Below are positions 1 to 10,015 of a stretch of DNA of 64,000 nt, in pieces. The DNA is from an uncultured virus (IMG/VR IMGVR_UViG_3300009376_000006) (Duplodnaviria; Heunggongvirae; Uroviricota; Caudoviricetes). The notes under the pieces were generated by a model that was given only the letters and a program-made list of their open reading frames with translations, had not been told where the DNA came from and made no database searches. The stretch is taken from the IMG/VR virus record IMGVR_UViG_3300009376_000006, one strand, 5' to 3'. The position numbers and the translations under genes are program-made. The stretch's first letter is position 1; each line of letters opens with the position of its first letter.

Positions 1-1068
1 GCGGGCAACGTCGGTATCGGCACGACTAGCCCGCAGGCGCCGTTGTCGTTCGCCAACGCCGTGGGTCAGAAGATCGACCTGTACCACAGCACGGGCGGAT
101 CGGGGGACCGTTACGGCTTCGAGATCCAGTCGTCGGAACTCAGGATTCATTCAGGTGCGGGGGGTGTGTCCACGGGTGGGATCACGTTCGGGAAGAAAAC
201 GACTTCGGCGTTCACTGAGCACATGCGTATCCGCAACGACGGCAACGTCGGTATCGGCACCACTGCCCCTGCCCATCCGTTGCATATTGGAACAGATGGT
301 GGCGTTCTTGCCCTTGGCGCAGACAGCGATCTGAAGATCAGTGCAGGTTCAAACTCGTTTATTGACCACAACGGCAATGGTGACCTATGGATACGCACCC
401 GTGCTTCAGGTGAGAATATGTATTTCGACACGGCTGCATCTGCCAAGATACTTGTACGACGTAATGATGTGGTTCAAATGGAGTTTAGAGATGGTGCTAC
501 GACGCATGGTGGCACTGATGCTGCATATGGTGGTGTCGGGTTTGCTGGTGCAGGCATCTTCGTGGACCGTAACTGGGGCAACTATCCCGGCTTTACGATC
601 CTGAACGAAACCGCTGCGAGCGACACCAACCAAGGTGAGTTCAGGATCCACGGGTCAAATCATTCATGGTCGTCATTCCCGGCGACTGGGGGCTCAGACT
701 TTGGCGTAGTCACCCGGTCTGATGGTGGCTTTGCCACAGGGTCGGATGAACGGCGCAAGGAAAACATTACGACGATCTCCGGGGCGTTGGCGACAGTCAA
801 CAGTCTGCGAGGCGTGGAGTTCAATACGATTATTCGTGACGGTTCGCAAGAGACACTCGCCACGATGGGGGGCAAGATGTATGGATTTCTTGCTCAGGAA
901 GCCAAGGATCTCATTCCCAACGTAGTTACTTATTACCCCGACGAAGATGAGCCGTTGGAGAGTGGTTGGTGTAGCGCTTATTCGATCAACTACGCCCCCG
1001 TTACTGCTGTTCTTGTGGAAGCAATCAAGGAACTAACGACAAGGCTTGAAGCATTGGAGAGCGCATGA
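1..1068 (+). CDS. Tail fibre/receptor-binding protein with C-terminal S74-type intramolecular chaperone (5' truncated)
   Basis: Frame is open from base 1 (AGNVGIGTTSP); GNVGIGT repeats; C-terminal SDERRKENI...GFLAQE...INY...LVEAIKEL motif. Confidence 0.85.
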   Translation, partial: AGNVGIGTTSPQAPLSFANAVGQKIDLYHSTGGSGDRYGFEIQSSELRIHSGAGGVSTGGITFGKKTTSAFTEHMRIRNDGNVGIGTTAPAHPLHIGTDGGVLALGADSDLKISAGSNSFIDHNGNGDLWIRTRASGENMYFDTAASAKILVRRNDVVQMEFRDGATTHGGTDAAYGGVGFAGAGIFVDRNWGNYPGFTILNETAASDTNQGEFRIHGSNHSWSSFPATGGSDFGVVTRSDGGFATGSDERRKENITTISGALATVNSLRGVEFNTIIRDGSQETLATMGGKMYGFLAQEAKDLIPNVVTYYPDEDEPLESGWCSAYSINYAPVTAVLVEAIKELTTRLEALESA

Positions 1069-1466
1069 GCCAGAGAGACGCCCTTATAGCGGCGAAGCAG
1101 TACATCGAAGTAGCCCTAGACGAGGAACCCAGCAAGCCGGTGGCAGCCGCTACCGGGCTGATTGACAAGATCAAGGACAACATCGCCTATGTGCTGGGCT
1201 TGCCTGCCGCGATCACGGGGGCCTTCGGGTTCCTCTGGGAATCCTCGGCAGAAGAGGCCGCTTTGACTGCTCAGGTCGCACAGTTGGAAGAGGCAGTAGC
1301 AGACCTGAAAGCCGAAGGTGACCTTCTGGGTGGTGGAGCAAAGAACTGGTCCCTTGACCCAAGCGCCGCCCCCGGTGGGTCGATAACGCTCATTATCGTT
1401 GCCGCAGTGGTGGTCGCCTTTGTTGGCCTGCTGTTCTGGTACCAGAGTAAGCGGAAACGGCGATGA
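1065..1466 (+). CDS. Membrane protein (two hydrophobic segments flanking a coiled coil)
   Basis: ATGA coupling on both sides; C-terminal TM followed by KRKRR. Confidence 0.75.
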   Translation: MSQRDALIAAKQYIEVALDEEPSKPVAAATGLIDKIKDNIAYVLGLPAAITGAFGFLWESSAEEAALTAQVAQLEEAVADLKAEGDLLGGGAKNWSLDPSAAPGGSITLIIVAAVVVAFVGLLFWYQSKRKRR

Positions 1467-4456
1467 AGCGGGCCTTGGCAACACTGCTTGCCGGGGCTCT
1501 CTTGGCGACATCGTGCGCTGGCGGGGGGCCACCACCAACCACAACTACAACGACGAGTATTCCTCCCAAGTCGTCCGTTCTTCTGGAAGATCACGCTCTC
1601 TCGTTCGTTCCAGAGGAGGACTCGTTCTCGTTTGAGAACTTCGGTGGAGGGGAACCACCCGCTGACCTGACGGTCAACATGGCCCGCCGTCTCTACGGGG
1701 ACGATCAGGTTTGCCAAGAGGTGGTGGACAACCGCTGCACCCCGTACCCGGTGATACTCCAGTTGATCCAGCAGGCCAACCGGTCGATGCGCGGGGGGCT
1801 GTGTGAGGGTTTGGCGGTCCTGAGTCTCCGTTTGGAGGGCGACACGGCGGCGTTGACGACATTCCAGCAGGTCCAGCAGGCCGCACAACTGGTGAAAGAG
1901 GACCCGGCCCTGCTGTCCGAGATCGCCTACTGGTATGTCACCCAGTTCTCTCCCGAGGTGCAGGAGCGGGCCACCGCCTACCGGTCCATGTCCCCTGCGG
2001 ACCTTGCCCGAATACTCATGGACGACTTCGCCGCTGCCGAGGCAGGAAATCCACACACGGGGTACACGGTCGGCATCTACAGCGACATGGGGGGCCACGC
2101 TGTCACGCCTTACAGGGTTGAAGAGACAGCCGACGGGTACCGCATCTACATCTATGACTCCAACTGGCCCACAGCGGAACGCTGGATAGACGTAGACGCA
2201 GACGGCACATGGGTGTACGCCCTCGCCGCCACGAACCCGTCGGAGGAGTCGTCGGCGTGGTCGGGCGGGGTCGGCACGATGGAACTCACCCCGATGGGGT
2301 CTAGGCAGGGGCCTTTCACTTGTTCGTTCTGCCCACAGTCGAACAGTGCCAAGTCGGGCACGATGCTGACCGTGGCGGCGACCGGCGAGAAGCAGATGAC
2401 CATCCAGATCGAAACCGAGTCGGGGGACAGGCTCGGCTACTACGACGGTGGGTTTGTCAACGAGATCGAAGGCGCTACCTACCGGTACCTGATCTCTGGC
2501 CCCAGCACGGCGGACCCGGTCCTCGTGTTCCTGCCTCCCGAAGTTGAGGTGTTCAGCGCCGACGTTGGACAGATTGAGGCACCCGCTCCGGTTGACGAAC
2601 CAACGGTTGATGAACCGGTGGAGGAAGAGAAGGAACAGTTCTCGCTGCTGCTGCTCAACGAGGAGAAGTCGATTCAGGTAGAGGCCGTCGTGGAGGAGGC
2701 GGTTGAGGAACCCGTCCCCGGTGAGCCTGCCGTGGAGGAAGTGTCGGTACTGGAGATCACCGAAACGTCCGTCGATGTGGGTGATTTGGAGGAAGCCACG
2801 GTTTCTGTTGCCGTTGAGGCTGTTGAGATCAAGATTGAGTTGGAGGACGAGCAGACCATTGAGGTTGAGTTCGCTCCCGACGACGTTGCGGAAGAGGCAA
2901 TAGAGATCGGCATCACCGATGTTGAGGGCGAGATCGTCGCTGAGGTCGAAATTGATCTCACGGAGCGGACGGTGGAGGAAACCCCGACGGTCGTGGAGAT
3001 CGACTACGACGAGGAGACCGGAGAGGTCACGCAGGAGGAAGAGGAGATCGAAGCGTGGGTCGCTTCGGACGCCGAGTACTTCCAAGCGGTCGTTGAGGAC
3101 CGTGTGGAGGAGGTGCTGGGCGAGTCATGGGCCGAGGAGGTCACCGAGGACGAGGCATGGGAGGACGAGGAGACCGAGTCCCTGCTGACAGAGGTGCTGG
3201 CCGAGGTGGAGGACGATTATTGGGAGGACGAGTACTGGGAGGAAACAACATACGACGACGACTGGTTTGAGGAGCAGGAAGACGAGGACGGGTGGAGGGA
3301 CGACACCGAGAATCCCTTGGTTGTAGAGGCTCCGGTTCTCATCGGACAGGCTCCGGCCACTAGGTCGTCGGTGGTCAGGTCGTGGACGACGGTGGACTTG
3401 GAGACTCTTTCGGAGACGACGGACCGAACAGAGGTTTATCAGGACGAGGCTGGAACGCTGACAGAAGTCTGGGTGGATACCCACTGGGAGGTTCGGGAGA
3501 CGACTTCGGAGTGGACGGAAACCCTCCACGAGACAGGAACCCTGAACACGTATTCCGACAATGGGGAACTGGTTGAGGAAACCGTATGGGAAACGGCGGT
3601 CTGGGAGGAAGACTCCGAAGAGTCGTCGGTGGTGACGGATTCGTGGGTCACATCGGACCTAGTGGCGACTGACAGGGATTGCCTGTACCGGCAGAATCGG
3701 GAAGATCCATCTCGGATGGTGTTTGTTCGGCTGCCCCTTCAGGGCGACCCGTGGGACAACGACACCGATGAGAAGCCGTCAGGGTGCGCTACACCGGGGG
3801 AGGCGACGACGGTCGCCCGCGAGGATGCGGCGACCAGTACCAGCGAAACCACGACGACGCATGAGCGCAACGCCACTGACGGCTGGTGGTACGAGGAGGA
3901 CACCACAGTCACGACGACAGTGACCACCTACACGGATGTGACGACGGTGATCTGGTCTGACGGCTATACGGCCATCACCGAGGGCGACCCGTACGATGTG
4001 ACGACGACCGTTACCACCTCCAGCGACTGGCTGAACGATTGCGTAGTCGCAGACTCTGTGGGGACCGCATGGACAGGGTTCGGGGACTTCTGCATCGCGG
4101 ACATCGAGTCGGGGACGTTCAACGAAGATGTGGTCACGTTTGACGTGACGGAAACAACGACCATTGAGATCACTGCCTCTACTGACCTGACATGCGACGG
4201 CTGGCCCGGCACAACGGCAAACGGGGAGGACGCATACGGCGACCCGTACATCTACCTCTATGACGCATCGGACGATTCGCTATTAGAGAGCGACGACGAC
4301 GATGGCTGCACCTGCGGCAACAACTGCCCCGATTCTGGAAACTGCTGGGACTCGTTTATCAGCAGGACGCTCTCGCCCGGTACTTATTACGTGGAGGCAA
4401 GGGTGTACAGCGGTTCTACGTCGGGCTGGTATACTTTGACCATCGACACGGCCTGA
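1463..4456 (+). CDS. Large acidic lipoprotein: putative papain-like domain, Glu/Thr-rich stalk, C-terminal PPC-like domain
   Basis: Signal peptide with lipobox LATSC; GGLCEG/GHAV/YDSN motifs; DPYIYLYD...LSPGTYYVEA at C-terminus. Confidence 0.7.
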   Translation: MKRALATLLAGALLATSCAGGGPPPTTTTTTSIPPKSSVLLEDHALSFVPEEDSFSFENFGGGEPPADLTVNMARRLYGDDQVCQEVVDNRCTPYPVILQLIQQANRSMRGGLCEGLAVLSLRLEGDTAALTTFQQVQQAAQLVKEDPALLSEIAYWYVTQFSPEVQERATAYRSMSPADLARILMDDFAAAEAGNPHTGYTVGIYSDMGGHAVTPYRVEETADGYRIYIYDSNWPTAERWIDVDADGTWVYALAATNPSEESSAWSGGVGTMELTPMGSRQGPFTCSFCPQSNSAKSGTMLTVAATGEKQMTIQIETESGDRLGYYDGGFVNEIEGATYRYLISGPSTADPVLVFLPPEVEVFSADVGQIEAPAPVDEPTVDEPVEEEKEQFSLLLLNEEKSIQVEAVVEEAVEEPVPGEPAVEEVSVLEITETSVDVGDLEEATVSVAVEAVEIKIELEDEQTIEVEFAPDDVAEEAIEIGITDVEGEIVAEVEIDLTERTVEETPTVVEIDYDEETGEVTQEEEEIEAWVASDAEYFQAVVEDRVEEVLGESWAEEVTEDEAWEDEETESLLTEVLAEVEDDYWEDEYWEETTYDDDWFEEQEDEDGWRDDTENPLVVEAPVLIGQAPATRSSVVRSWTTVDLETLSETTDRTEVYQDEAGTLTEVWVDTHWEVRETTSEWTETLHETGTLNTYSDNGELVEETVWETAVWEEDSEESSVVTDSWVTSDLVATDRDCLYRQNREDPSRMVFVRLPLQGDPWDNDTDEKPSGCATPGEATTVAREDAATSTSETTTTHERNATDGWWYEEDTTVTTTVTTYTDVTTVIWSDGYTAITEGDPYDVTTTVTTSSDWLNDCVVADSVGTAWTGFGDFCIADIESGTFNEDVVTFDVTETTTIEITASTDLTCDGWPGTTANGEDAYGDPYIYLYDASDDSLLESDDDDGCTCGNNCPDSGNCWDSFISRTLSPGTYYVEARVYSGSTSGWYTLTIDTA

Positions 4457-4589
4457 GGCACGTGTGACCCGGGTTCAGAACCCCAAGCGGGGCCACTGCA
4501 AGAAGTGGCACCGGAGTAAGTGGTCCAAACGGGCCGGATGATATACTAGTAACAGCAAACCATGCGACTCAAGAAAGGGCGCACCATCT

Positions 4590-4757
4590 ATGGACAACAA
4601 CGTCCAGATCAATCCACAGACCATCATCAATGAACTCCAGAACCGGCTCAACGCTCTCCAGAGTGAGAACGTGATCTTGGCCTCCATGGTCTCGGAACTG
4701 AGGGCTGCACTGGAGGAGCCCGAGACCGAGGAGCCTGCGGAGGATGCCGCCGACTGA
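4590..4757 (+). CDS. Small coiled-coil protein, 55 aa (not in ORF track)
   Basis: MDNNVQINPQTIINELQNRLNALQSENVILASMVSELRAALEE...; AAAGGG upstream and TGATATACT -10 at 4539. Confidence 0.75.
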   Translation: MDNNVQINPQTIINELQNRLNALQSENVILASMVSELRAALEEPETEEPAEDAAD

Positions 4758-5154
4758 CGAAGACAACGATCAGGAGTACTGGGCGGCCGAACTAGCGGGC
4801 TCTCCGGTACAGGCCACAGCCCTAGCCCGGGAACGTATCACCCAGATGCTGGTGAACTCTGGGGAGGACCCTCCATTAGGATACTTTCCTCCCCAGACTA
4901 ACGTCGCCAGCACTCGGGTGAAAGCGTTCCGTTATGTCCCTGACGACCCCTCATCTCCTACTACAGGCAGCGGAACACTGTTCGTGGAGTTCATCAAGCG
5001 AGGTGACAGGTACGCCTACGCCAACGTCCCTTTCGGCACCTACGCCAACTTTCAGAAAGAGGGCGTGTCCAAGGGCCGATTCATCAACGCCGAACTGGAC
5101 AACTATCCCTACCGTCGAGCGGTAGGGGCCGACCACGAGTTCTTCAACTGGTAG
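4744..5154 (+). CDS. KTSC domain protein
   Basis: TLFVEF...YAYANVP...Y..F....SKGRFIN pattern. Confidence 0.8.
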   Translation: MPPTDEDNDQEYWAAELAGSPVQATALARERITQMLVNSGEDPPLGYFPPQTNVASTRVKAFRYVPDDPSSPTTGSGTLFVEFIKRGDRYAYANVPFGTYANFQKEGVSKGRFINAELDNYPYRRAVGADHEFFNW

Positions 5155-5157
5155 ACA

Positions 5158-5565
5158 ATGCTACGTAGAGTCTTAGGGTACGCACCCCTACTGGTGCTGC
5201 CCACGTCGTTAGCGACGGTCCCCTTCGTACGGGGCTGGTCCGTGGCAGCGGCCATTGGTGTGGCGACACTGTCTGGGTGGCTGTTGTTTAGGGACACTAT
5301 GGACTTGGTTCAGGGGGTCGGTCGCCTCTACTGGCTCACTCGCCAGACCTCCGCCCGTCGACTGGGCGTGAGGTTCTCGTATATGCGAGAAACCGATTAT
5401 CCGTGGCGTACCGGTAGGGGATTGCAGTTAGTGGTACCGTACCGAACCTTCCAGATAGGTATCTGTAGACCGTCCAAACACTACACGGTGGAGGACGGCC
5501 TGCTACATTCGTTGGCGGCTCGCCGCCTACCGACCGAGCCGGAGGATATACGGGAGTGGCAGTGA
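5158..5565 (+). CDS. Hypothetical membrane protein
   Basis: Hydrophobic N-terminal half; tightly packed in operon. Confidence 0.65.
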   Translation: MLRRVLGYAPLLVLPTSLATVPFVRGWSVAAAIGVATLSGWLLFRDTMDLVQGVGRLYWLTRQTSARRLGVRFSYMRETDYPWRTGRGLQLVVPYRTFQIGICRPSKHYTVEDGLLHSLAARRLPTEPEDIREWQ

Positions 5566-5792
5566 GGTTCTGGAGGAGCGACAAGACGCACCGGGTCGGC
5601 ACCATTGAGCGTCCGGGGCGGGTTACGAGCATGCCCACGGCCCAACTCAAGGAATGGATCGACATCGAGATAATGAACTTGGGGGCCACCTACGATCAGT
5701 GGCGCTTCCACGGGACCGGGGCCGACGAGTTCGAGTCCCGTCTGGAGGCGCTCTCTGTCCTGTGGGACGAGGTACTTGAGCGTGACGAATGA
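5556..5792 (+). CDS. Hypothetical protein
   Basis: Translationally coupled to terminase (ATGA). Confidence 0.65.
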   Translation: MAVRFWRSDKTHRVGTIERPGRVTSMPTAQLKEWIDIEIMNLGATYDQWRFHGTGADEFESRLEALSVLWDEVLERDE

Positions 5793-7363
5793 GCACCGAG
5801 GCGCTGGAGACCGAGGCCCCAGAGGCGTATGATGATGTCCCTGATATTGAGATCGACCTTGACGAGGCGTCCGCAGAGTTCGTGGACGAACTCTGCAAGA
5901 AGTTGGTGTTGTTCACCGAAGAGTTCTGTGACATCACGTTCTTCCCATATCAGGTCCCCATCGCTTATCGCCTGATCGAGTCCATCGTCATCGGGGACGG
6001 CGAAGAACTGACCCTCATCGCCACCCGGCAGAGCGGTAAATCGGAGGTTCTGTCTAACGTCATTGCCTCACTGATGGTTATCCTCCCCAAGTTGTCGAAG
6101 GTCTATCCGTTATGGCTCTCCAAGTTCAACAAGGGCTTCTGGTGCGGGGTCTTCGCCCCGACCGAGGATCAGGCCGACACGGTCTTCAGCCGCATCGTCA
6201 CCAAGTTGACCAGCGATCACGCTCTGGACTTCCTGCTGGACCCGGAGATTGACGACGTGGCCAAGTCCGGCGGTGCGAGGGGCAAGGGCAAGATCGTCAC
6301 GCTCAAGAACTCGGGCTCACTCTGCCGGATGCAGACCTGCAACCCGAAGGCCAAGATCGAATCCAAGACCTATCACTTTGCCATCGTGGACGAGGCTCAG
6401 GAGGCTGACGAGTTCGTGGTCACGAAGTCGATCAAGCCCATGCTCGCCTTCAACAACGGAACAATAGCCCTAACCGGTACGGCCACGCGAACCAAGTCGT
6501 ACTTCTACAAGATGATCCAGTACAACAAGAGACGGGACACCACACCCAAACGTGGCCATCGCACGTCACACTTCGAGTACGACTGGAGAACCGCTGCCAA
6601 GTACAACAGCAACTACGGCAAGTTCATCAGCAAGGAGAAGGTGCGTATAGGTGAGGACTCAGATGAGTTTCTGATGTCCTACTGCAACCAGTGGATTCTG
6701 GAGAAGGGCATGTTCGTCACCGAGGACCGGCTGGACCGCCTCTATGACCAGTCCATGCCCTTGGTTCCCGAATGGTGGCGTACCCCGGTTGTCATGGGCA
6801 TCGACGTTGCGCGGACCGTGGATTCCACTGTTGCGACTGCGGTGTGGGTGGACTGGGACCATCCTGACGGTCTGGGCTTCTTTGAGCACCGGGTACTGAA
6901 CTGGTTGGAACTGCATGACACCGACTGGGAGTCCCAGTATTTCAAGATCGTGGATTTCGTGCGTAACTACGATGTCCTTAGGGTAGGTATTGACGCTCAA
7001 GGCGTCGGAGGTGCCGTTGCTGAGCGTCTGGCTCTACTCCTCCCAGACATAGAGGTTCTCCCCATGTCCTCGGACGCCAAGGCTCAGAACGAGAGATGGG
7101 TCCACTTGACTGAACTGATCCAGCGTAACCAGTTGGTGGTCCCGGGCCACTCCAAGGCCCGTAGGACGAGGCGCTGGAAGCGGTTCAACCAGCAGATGCT
7201 GGACCTAGAGAGGATTAATCGTGGCCCGTACCTGCTGGCAGAGGCTCCTGACGAGAAGGGAGCCTTCGATGACTACCCCGACAGTCTGGCCCTCGCTTGT
7301 TCCCTCACGGTCCACGACATCATGCCCACGGTGACCGTAGCGGAGAACCCCTTCTTCAATTAG
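5789..7363 (+). CDS. terL: Terminase large subunit
   Basis: Walker A ATRQSGKS, Walker B AIVDEAQ, TGT coupling motif, nuclease GIDVA...D and DDYPDSLALA. Confidence 0.93.
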   Translation: MSTEALETEAPEAYDDVPDIEIDLDEASAEFVDELCKKLVLFTEEFCDITFFPYQVPIAYRLIESIVIGDGEELTLIATRQSGKSEVLSNVIASLMVILPKLSKVYPLWLSKFNKGFWCGVFAPTEDQADTVFSRIVTKLTSDHALDFLLDPEIDDVAKSGGARGKGKIVTLKNSGSLCRMQTCNPKAKIESKTYHFAIVDEAQEADEFVVTKSIKPMLAFNNGTIALTGTATRTKSYFYKMIQYNKRRDTTPKRGHRTSHFEYDWRTAAKYNSNYGKFISKEKVRIGEDSDEFLMSYCNQWILEKGMFVTEDRLDRLYDQSMPLVPEWWRTPVVMGIDVARTVDSTVATAVWVDWDHPDGLGFFEHRVLNWLELHDTDWESQYFKIVDFVRNYDVLRVGIDAQGVGGAVAERLALLLPDIEVLPMSSDAKAQNERWVHLTELIQRNQLVVPGHSKARRTRRWKRFNQQMLDLERINRGPYLLAEAPDEKGAFDDYPDSLALACSLTVHDIMPTVTVAENPFFN

Positions 7364-7409
7364 TGGTACTATATACACAGACACCTATTCGTCAGCCCCG
7401 GAGGATTTC

Positions 7410-7829
7410 ATGGCTAACGTAGTTAACCCGACCGTTGCACCTGCCCCTAGGTTCCCCGAGGTTGCGGGCAACGTCTTTGAGAGGACCCTCGGGCCGGACA
7501 TCCCCGGTGAGCGCGGCCCTCTGCGGTTTGAGGAGGGGGTCGCTACGGATACCGATGTTCCGAACGACTTCGTCATCGGCTCGTACGTGGACACCACGTC
7601 TGCTCCCGGTCGGATGAACCACAACAACCCGGCAGCCTTCTACAAGCCCGCAGAGGTCACCATGCGTGAGCGTGCTCACGTTGGCTCGGCCTCGTGGATT
7701 GAGGCTCCGTCGGTTCTCGGTGAGTTCGTGCAGGGTGTGGTTGCCGGTGACGGCATGCCCACCTTTGAGCGCTCGTTCAACTCGGGCGCACACATGAACC
7801 GGCCGAACGCCACTCGCGTTACTGACTAA
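7410..7829 (+). CDS. Hypothetical protein, possibly virion structural
   Basis: GGAGGA RBS; TGGTACTAT -10 at 7364; followed by a hairpin. Confidence 0.7.
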   Translation: MANVVNPTVAPAPRFPEVAGNVFERTLGPDIPGERGPLRFEEGVATDTDVPNDFVIGSYVDTTSAPGRMNHNNPAAFYKPAEVTMRERAHVGSASWIEAPSVLGEFVQGVVAGDGMPTFERSFNSGAHMNRPNATRVTD

Positions 7830-7830
7830 C

Positions 7831-7849
7831 CCCCCGTTGCTCACGGGGG
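7831..7849 (+). terminator. GC-rich hairpin without U-tract (possible terminator)
   Basis: CCCCCGT-tgctc-ACGGGGG immediately after the stop codon. Confidence 0.5.
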
Positions 7850-7866
7850 ACTGGTAGGGCTGGGTC

Positions 7867-9384
7867 GTGGCGTTCAAGTTCTCACGGCGGGTGTCCTCTG
7901 ATGTGCCAGTACCAGAGGCGCACAAGGCTGAACCGGGGTACCCCCTTCCAGACCCAGCGCCCCAGTTGCGTCAGGACGTGGGTAACCGGGAGTCCCGTAG
8001 GGCTGTAATTGACGCAGTTGGGTCTGCGGGTGAGAAGGTGTACGGTCACCCTATCACCATGCGTGACGCTACCTATTCCCGAGTGGCGCATTTACAGGCG
8101 GCCGTGGACGAATCACCTACTGGGGTTCCAGAAGGGCTGGGCTGGTATGGCGATCACCGGAGTGGGTATTCCGTCATAGCCAGCAACGCTCGTTCCAGTG
8201 TTGGCCGTGCTATCGACATCGGGGCAATCCTGAGTCCCCGTAACACGCCTACCAGCGAGAAGGCGGCAACTGGGTCAGCCCTGCATATAGCGGGTCACCC
8301 GGATACTGAGGTGGTGGTTACCGAGGAGATGTCACCCATGGTGGGGGACTTTCGCCGTGTCAAAGGGCACGAAGTGTCCTCTGAGATCAAGCGTGGCTCG
8401 CTCATAGTTCCACCCGGGGAGTCAGTTCCTTCAGGTGCCCACCGTCTAGGCTCTCTGAGCCCTAAGGCCATTGCCTCATTGGGGTTCGCTGCCCACGCGA
8501 CTGGCGATCACGTTCCGTCTAGCGTTAGCGACGTTCAGCAGCACTCTGCGAGCAGGGATTTCGCAGCGAAAGCCGTAACGGTGGCCCGAGACAGTCTGTC
8601 GTTTTCGGACGTGTCCGACGCCCCGAAGACGGCCTCTTACGCCACCAACATCCACTTGGGGGGCGACCCGGACGCACTAACCGGTAGCCCAACAGCCTAC
8701 AACACCGCTGTTCTCCGACGCCGTCATCAGCAGGTCCACGGGGAAGAGTGGTATCGTGAGGACGCTGACGGAAACGTCACGCACTACCACGTGTCCCCGG
8801 ATCAGGGCTCCCTGTTCTCTGCGAGCGAACTCTCCCACTACACGCCGAACGTCCGTTCGTCTGAGACGGCTGAAGATGTATACATGAACGCTGTTACCGC
8901 AGAGCGTGCTGCTGCTAGGGGTGGTGGCGTCAATAAGCCGATGGCCGCCATGGATCTCGTATCTGACGCAATCACCAAGGGTCGCGGTAGTCAGGGCCTC
9001 CTGACCACGCCCAAGGGGGCCCCCAACATCTCCAAGGAGCAGGTCTTACACGCCTTCAACAACGAGGCCACTATTCGGGCGACCGAGTTGCTCAGCGTAT
9101 CGTATAACGTACGCGGCGAGGAGGTGACCGAGGCGCTGACTGCGGGGGGCGCTCAGGCCGTGATCTGGACCCACGCTAGACGGGAGATGGGAGAAGACCC
9201 AGAGTGGAACGCCCGGCAGCGTAACGCAGAGAAGTCTCGACGGGCTGAAGAGAAGAAAGAGGCCAAGCACACCAAGGAGCGGGAACGGCGTCAGGGTACG
9301 CTGGAGATCGGCCGAGGTAACCGGTTGCGGCCCAAGTTCGACCAGAGGTCCAGCGTGGACCCCCTGCCGGAGGACCCACAATGA
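7867..9384 (+). CDS. Hypothetical protein (505 aa)
   Basis: Long ORF coupled to the next gene; no recognisable domain. Confidence 0.7.
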   Translation: MAFKFSRRVSSDVPVPEAHKAEPGYPLPDPAPQLRQDVGNRESRRAVIDAVGSAGEKVYGHPITMRDATYSRVAHLQAAVDESPTGVPEGLGWYGDHRSGYSVIASNARSSVGRAIDIGAILSPRNTPTSEKAATGSALHIAGHPDTEVVVTEEMSPMVGDFRRVKGHEVSSEIKRGSLIVPPGESVPSGAHRLGSLSPKAIASLGFAAHATGDHVPSSVSDVQQHSASRDFAAKAVTVARDSLSFSDVSDAPKTASYATNIHLGGDPDALTGSPTAYNTAVLRRRHQQVHGEEWYREDADGNVTHYHVSPDQGSLFSASELSHYTPNVRSSETAEDVYMNAVTAERAAARGGGVNKPMAAMDLVSDAITKGRGSQGLLTTPKGAPNISKEQVLHAFNNEATIRATELLSVSYNVRGEEVTEALTAGGAQAVIWTHARREMGEDPEWNARQRNAEKSRRAEEKKEAKHTKERERRQGTLEIGRGNRLRPKFDQRSSVDPLPEDPQ

Positions 9385-9650
9385 CAGAGGCGTGGGGACT
9401 GATCATTGCCGCCCTCATCACAGGGGCGTCCACGACTCTCGGACTGGTCTTCCGGCGGCTACGGGGAGAGAACCAGAGGGACCACGCCATGGTCTCTGGT
9501 AAGGTGACAGCCATTCAGGAGACCCTGCGAGACGTGAAGAAGCGAGTGGACGACACGGGCGAGCGGCTCACCGACCACCTAGAGTGGCACGTGGAGGCTG
9601 TCCCCAAGCAGCGTCCCCATAGAAAGGCCCCGCCCAAGAAGAAGTCCTGA
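9381..9650 (+). CDS. Small membrane protein (N-terminal TM plus coiled coil), possible lysis accessory
   Basis: WGLIIAALITG TM, coiled coil ending LTDHLEWH, basic tail. Confidence 0.6.
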   Translation: MTEAWGLIIAALITGASTTLGLVFRRLRGENQRDHAMVSGKVTAIQETLRDVKKRVDDTGERLTDHLEWHVEAVPKQRPHRKAPPKKKS

Positions 9651-9709
9651 GGGTGTTGCGACGCCGTTTATGTCGTGTATGATGAGTCACAAGAGAAGGA
9701 GCACATGCT

Positions 9710-10015
9710 GTGGATAACGATCCGACGAAGGTCACTCTGGTTGAAGCGCTGGATACGCCCCTGCGTAGCCCCATCCCGAGACAGTGCCTGCTTGCGAGGG
9801 TGCGGGAGGGCTTGTCTGACGAGGAGCGGGACGCCCTTGACCGGGCTTTGGAGAGGGTCAGGCATGACCCCAACAACGGACAGCGCAAGGTCTACTCCAC
9901 TTCTTGGTTGGCGAGCGTCTTGACAAGTCAGGGCCACGCCCTGTCGTCCGCTACCATTCAGCGCCACCTCCGACAGTCCTGTAGTTGCCGGAACGGGAGT
10001 GATAACCATGAGTAG
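9710..10015 (+). CDS. Hypothetical protein, possible HTH with C-terminal CxC
   Basis: AAGGAG RBS; LSSATIQRHLRQSCSC. Confidence 0.65.
   Translation: MDNDPTKVTLVEALDTPLRSPIPRQCLLARVREGLSDEERDALDRALERVRHDPNNGQRKVYSTSWLASVLTSQGHALSSATIQRHLRQSCSCRNGSDNHE

Noticed and set aside
1271..3085. Long minus-strand ORFs (also 21644-23356, 14071-15207, 41068-42204, 45370-46491)
   Set aside because: Antisense shadows of high-GC + strand genes, with no recognisable motifs
4465..4500. tRNA-like fragment GGGTTCAGAACCC
   Set aside because: Only a short hairpin; no acceptor stem or cloverleaf
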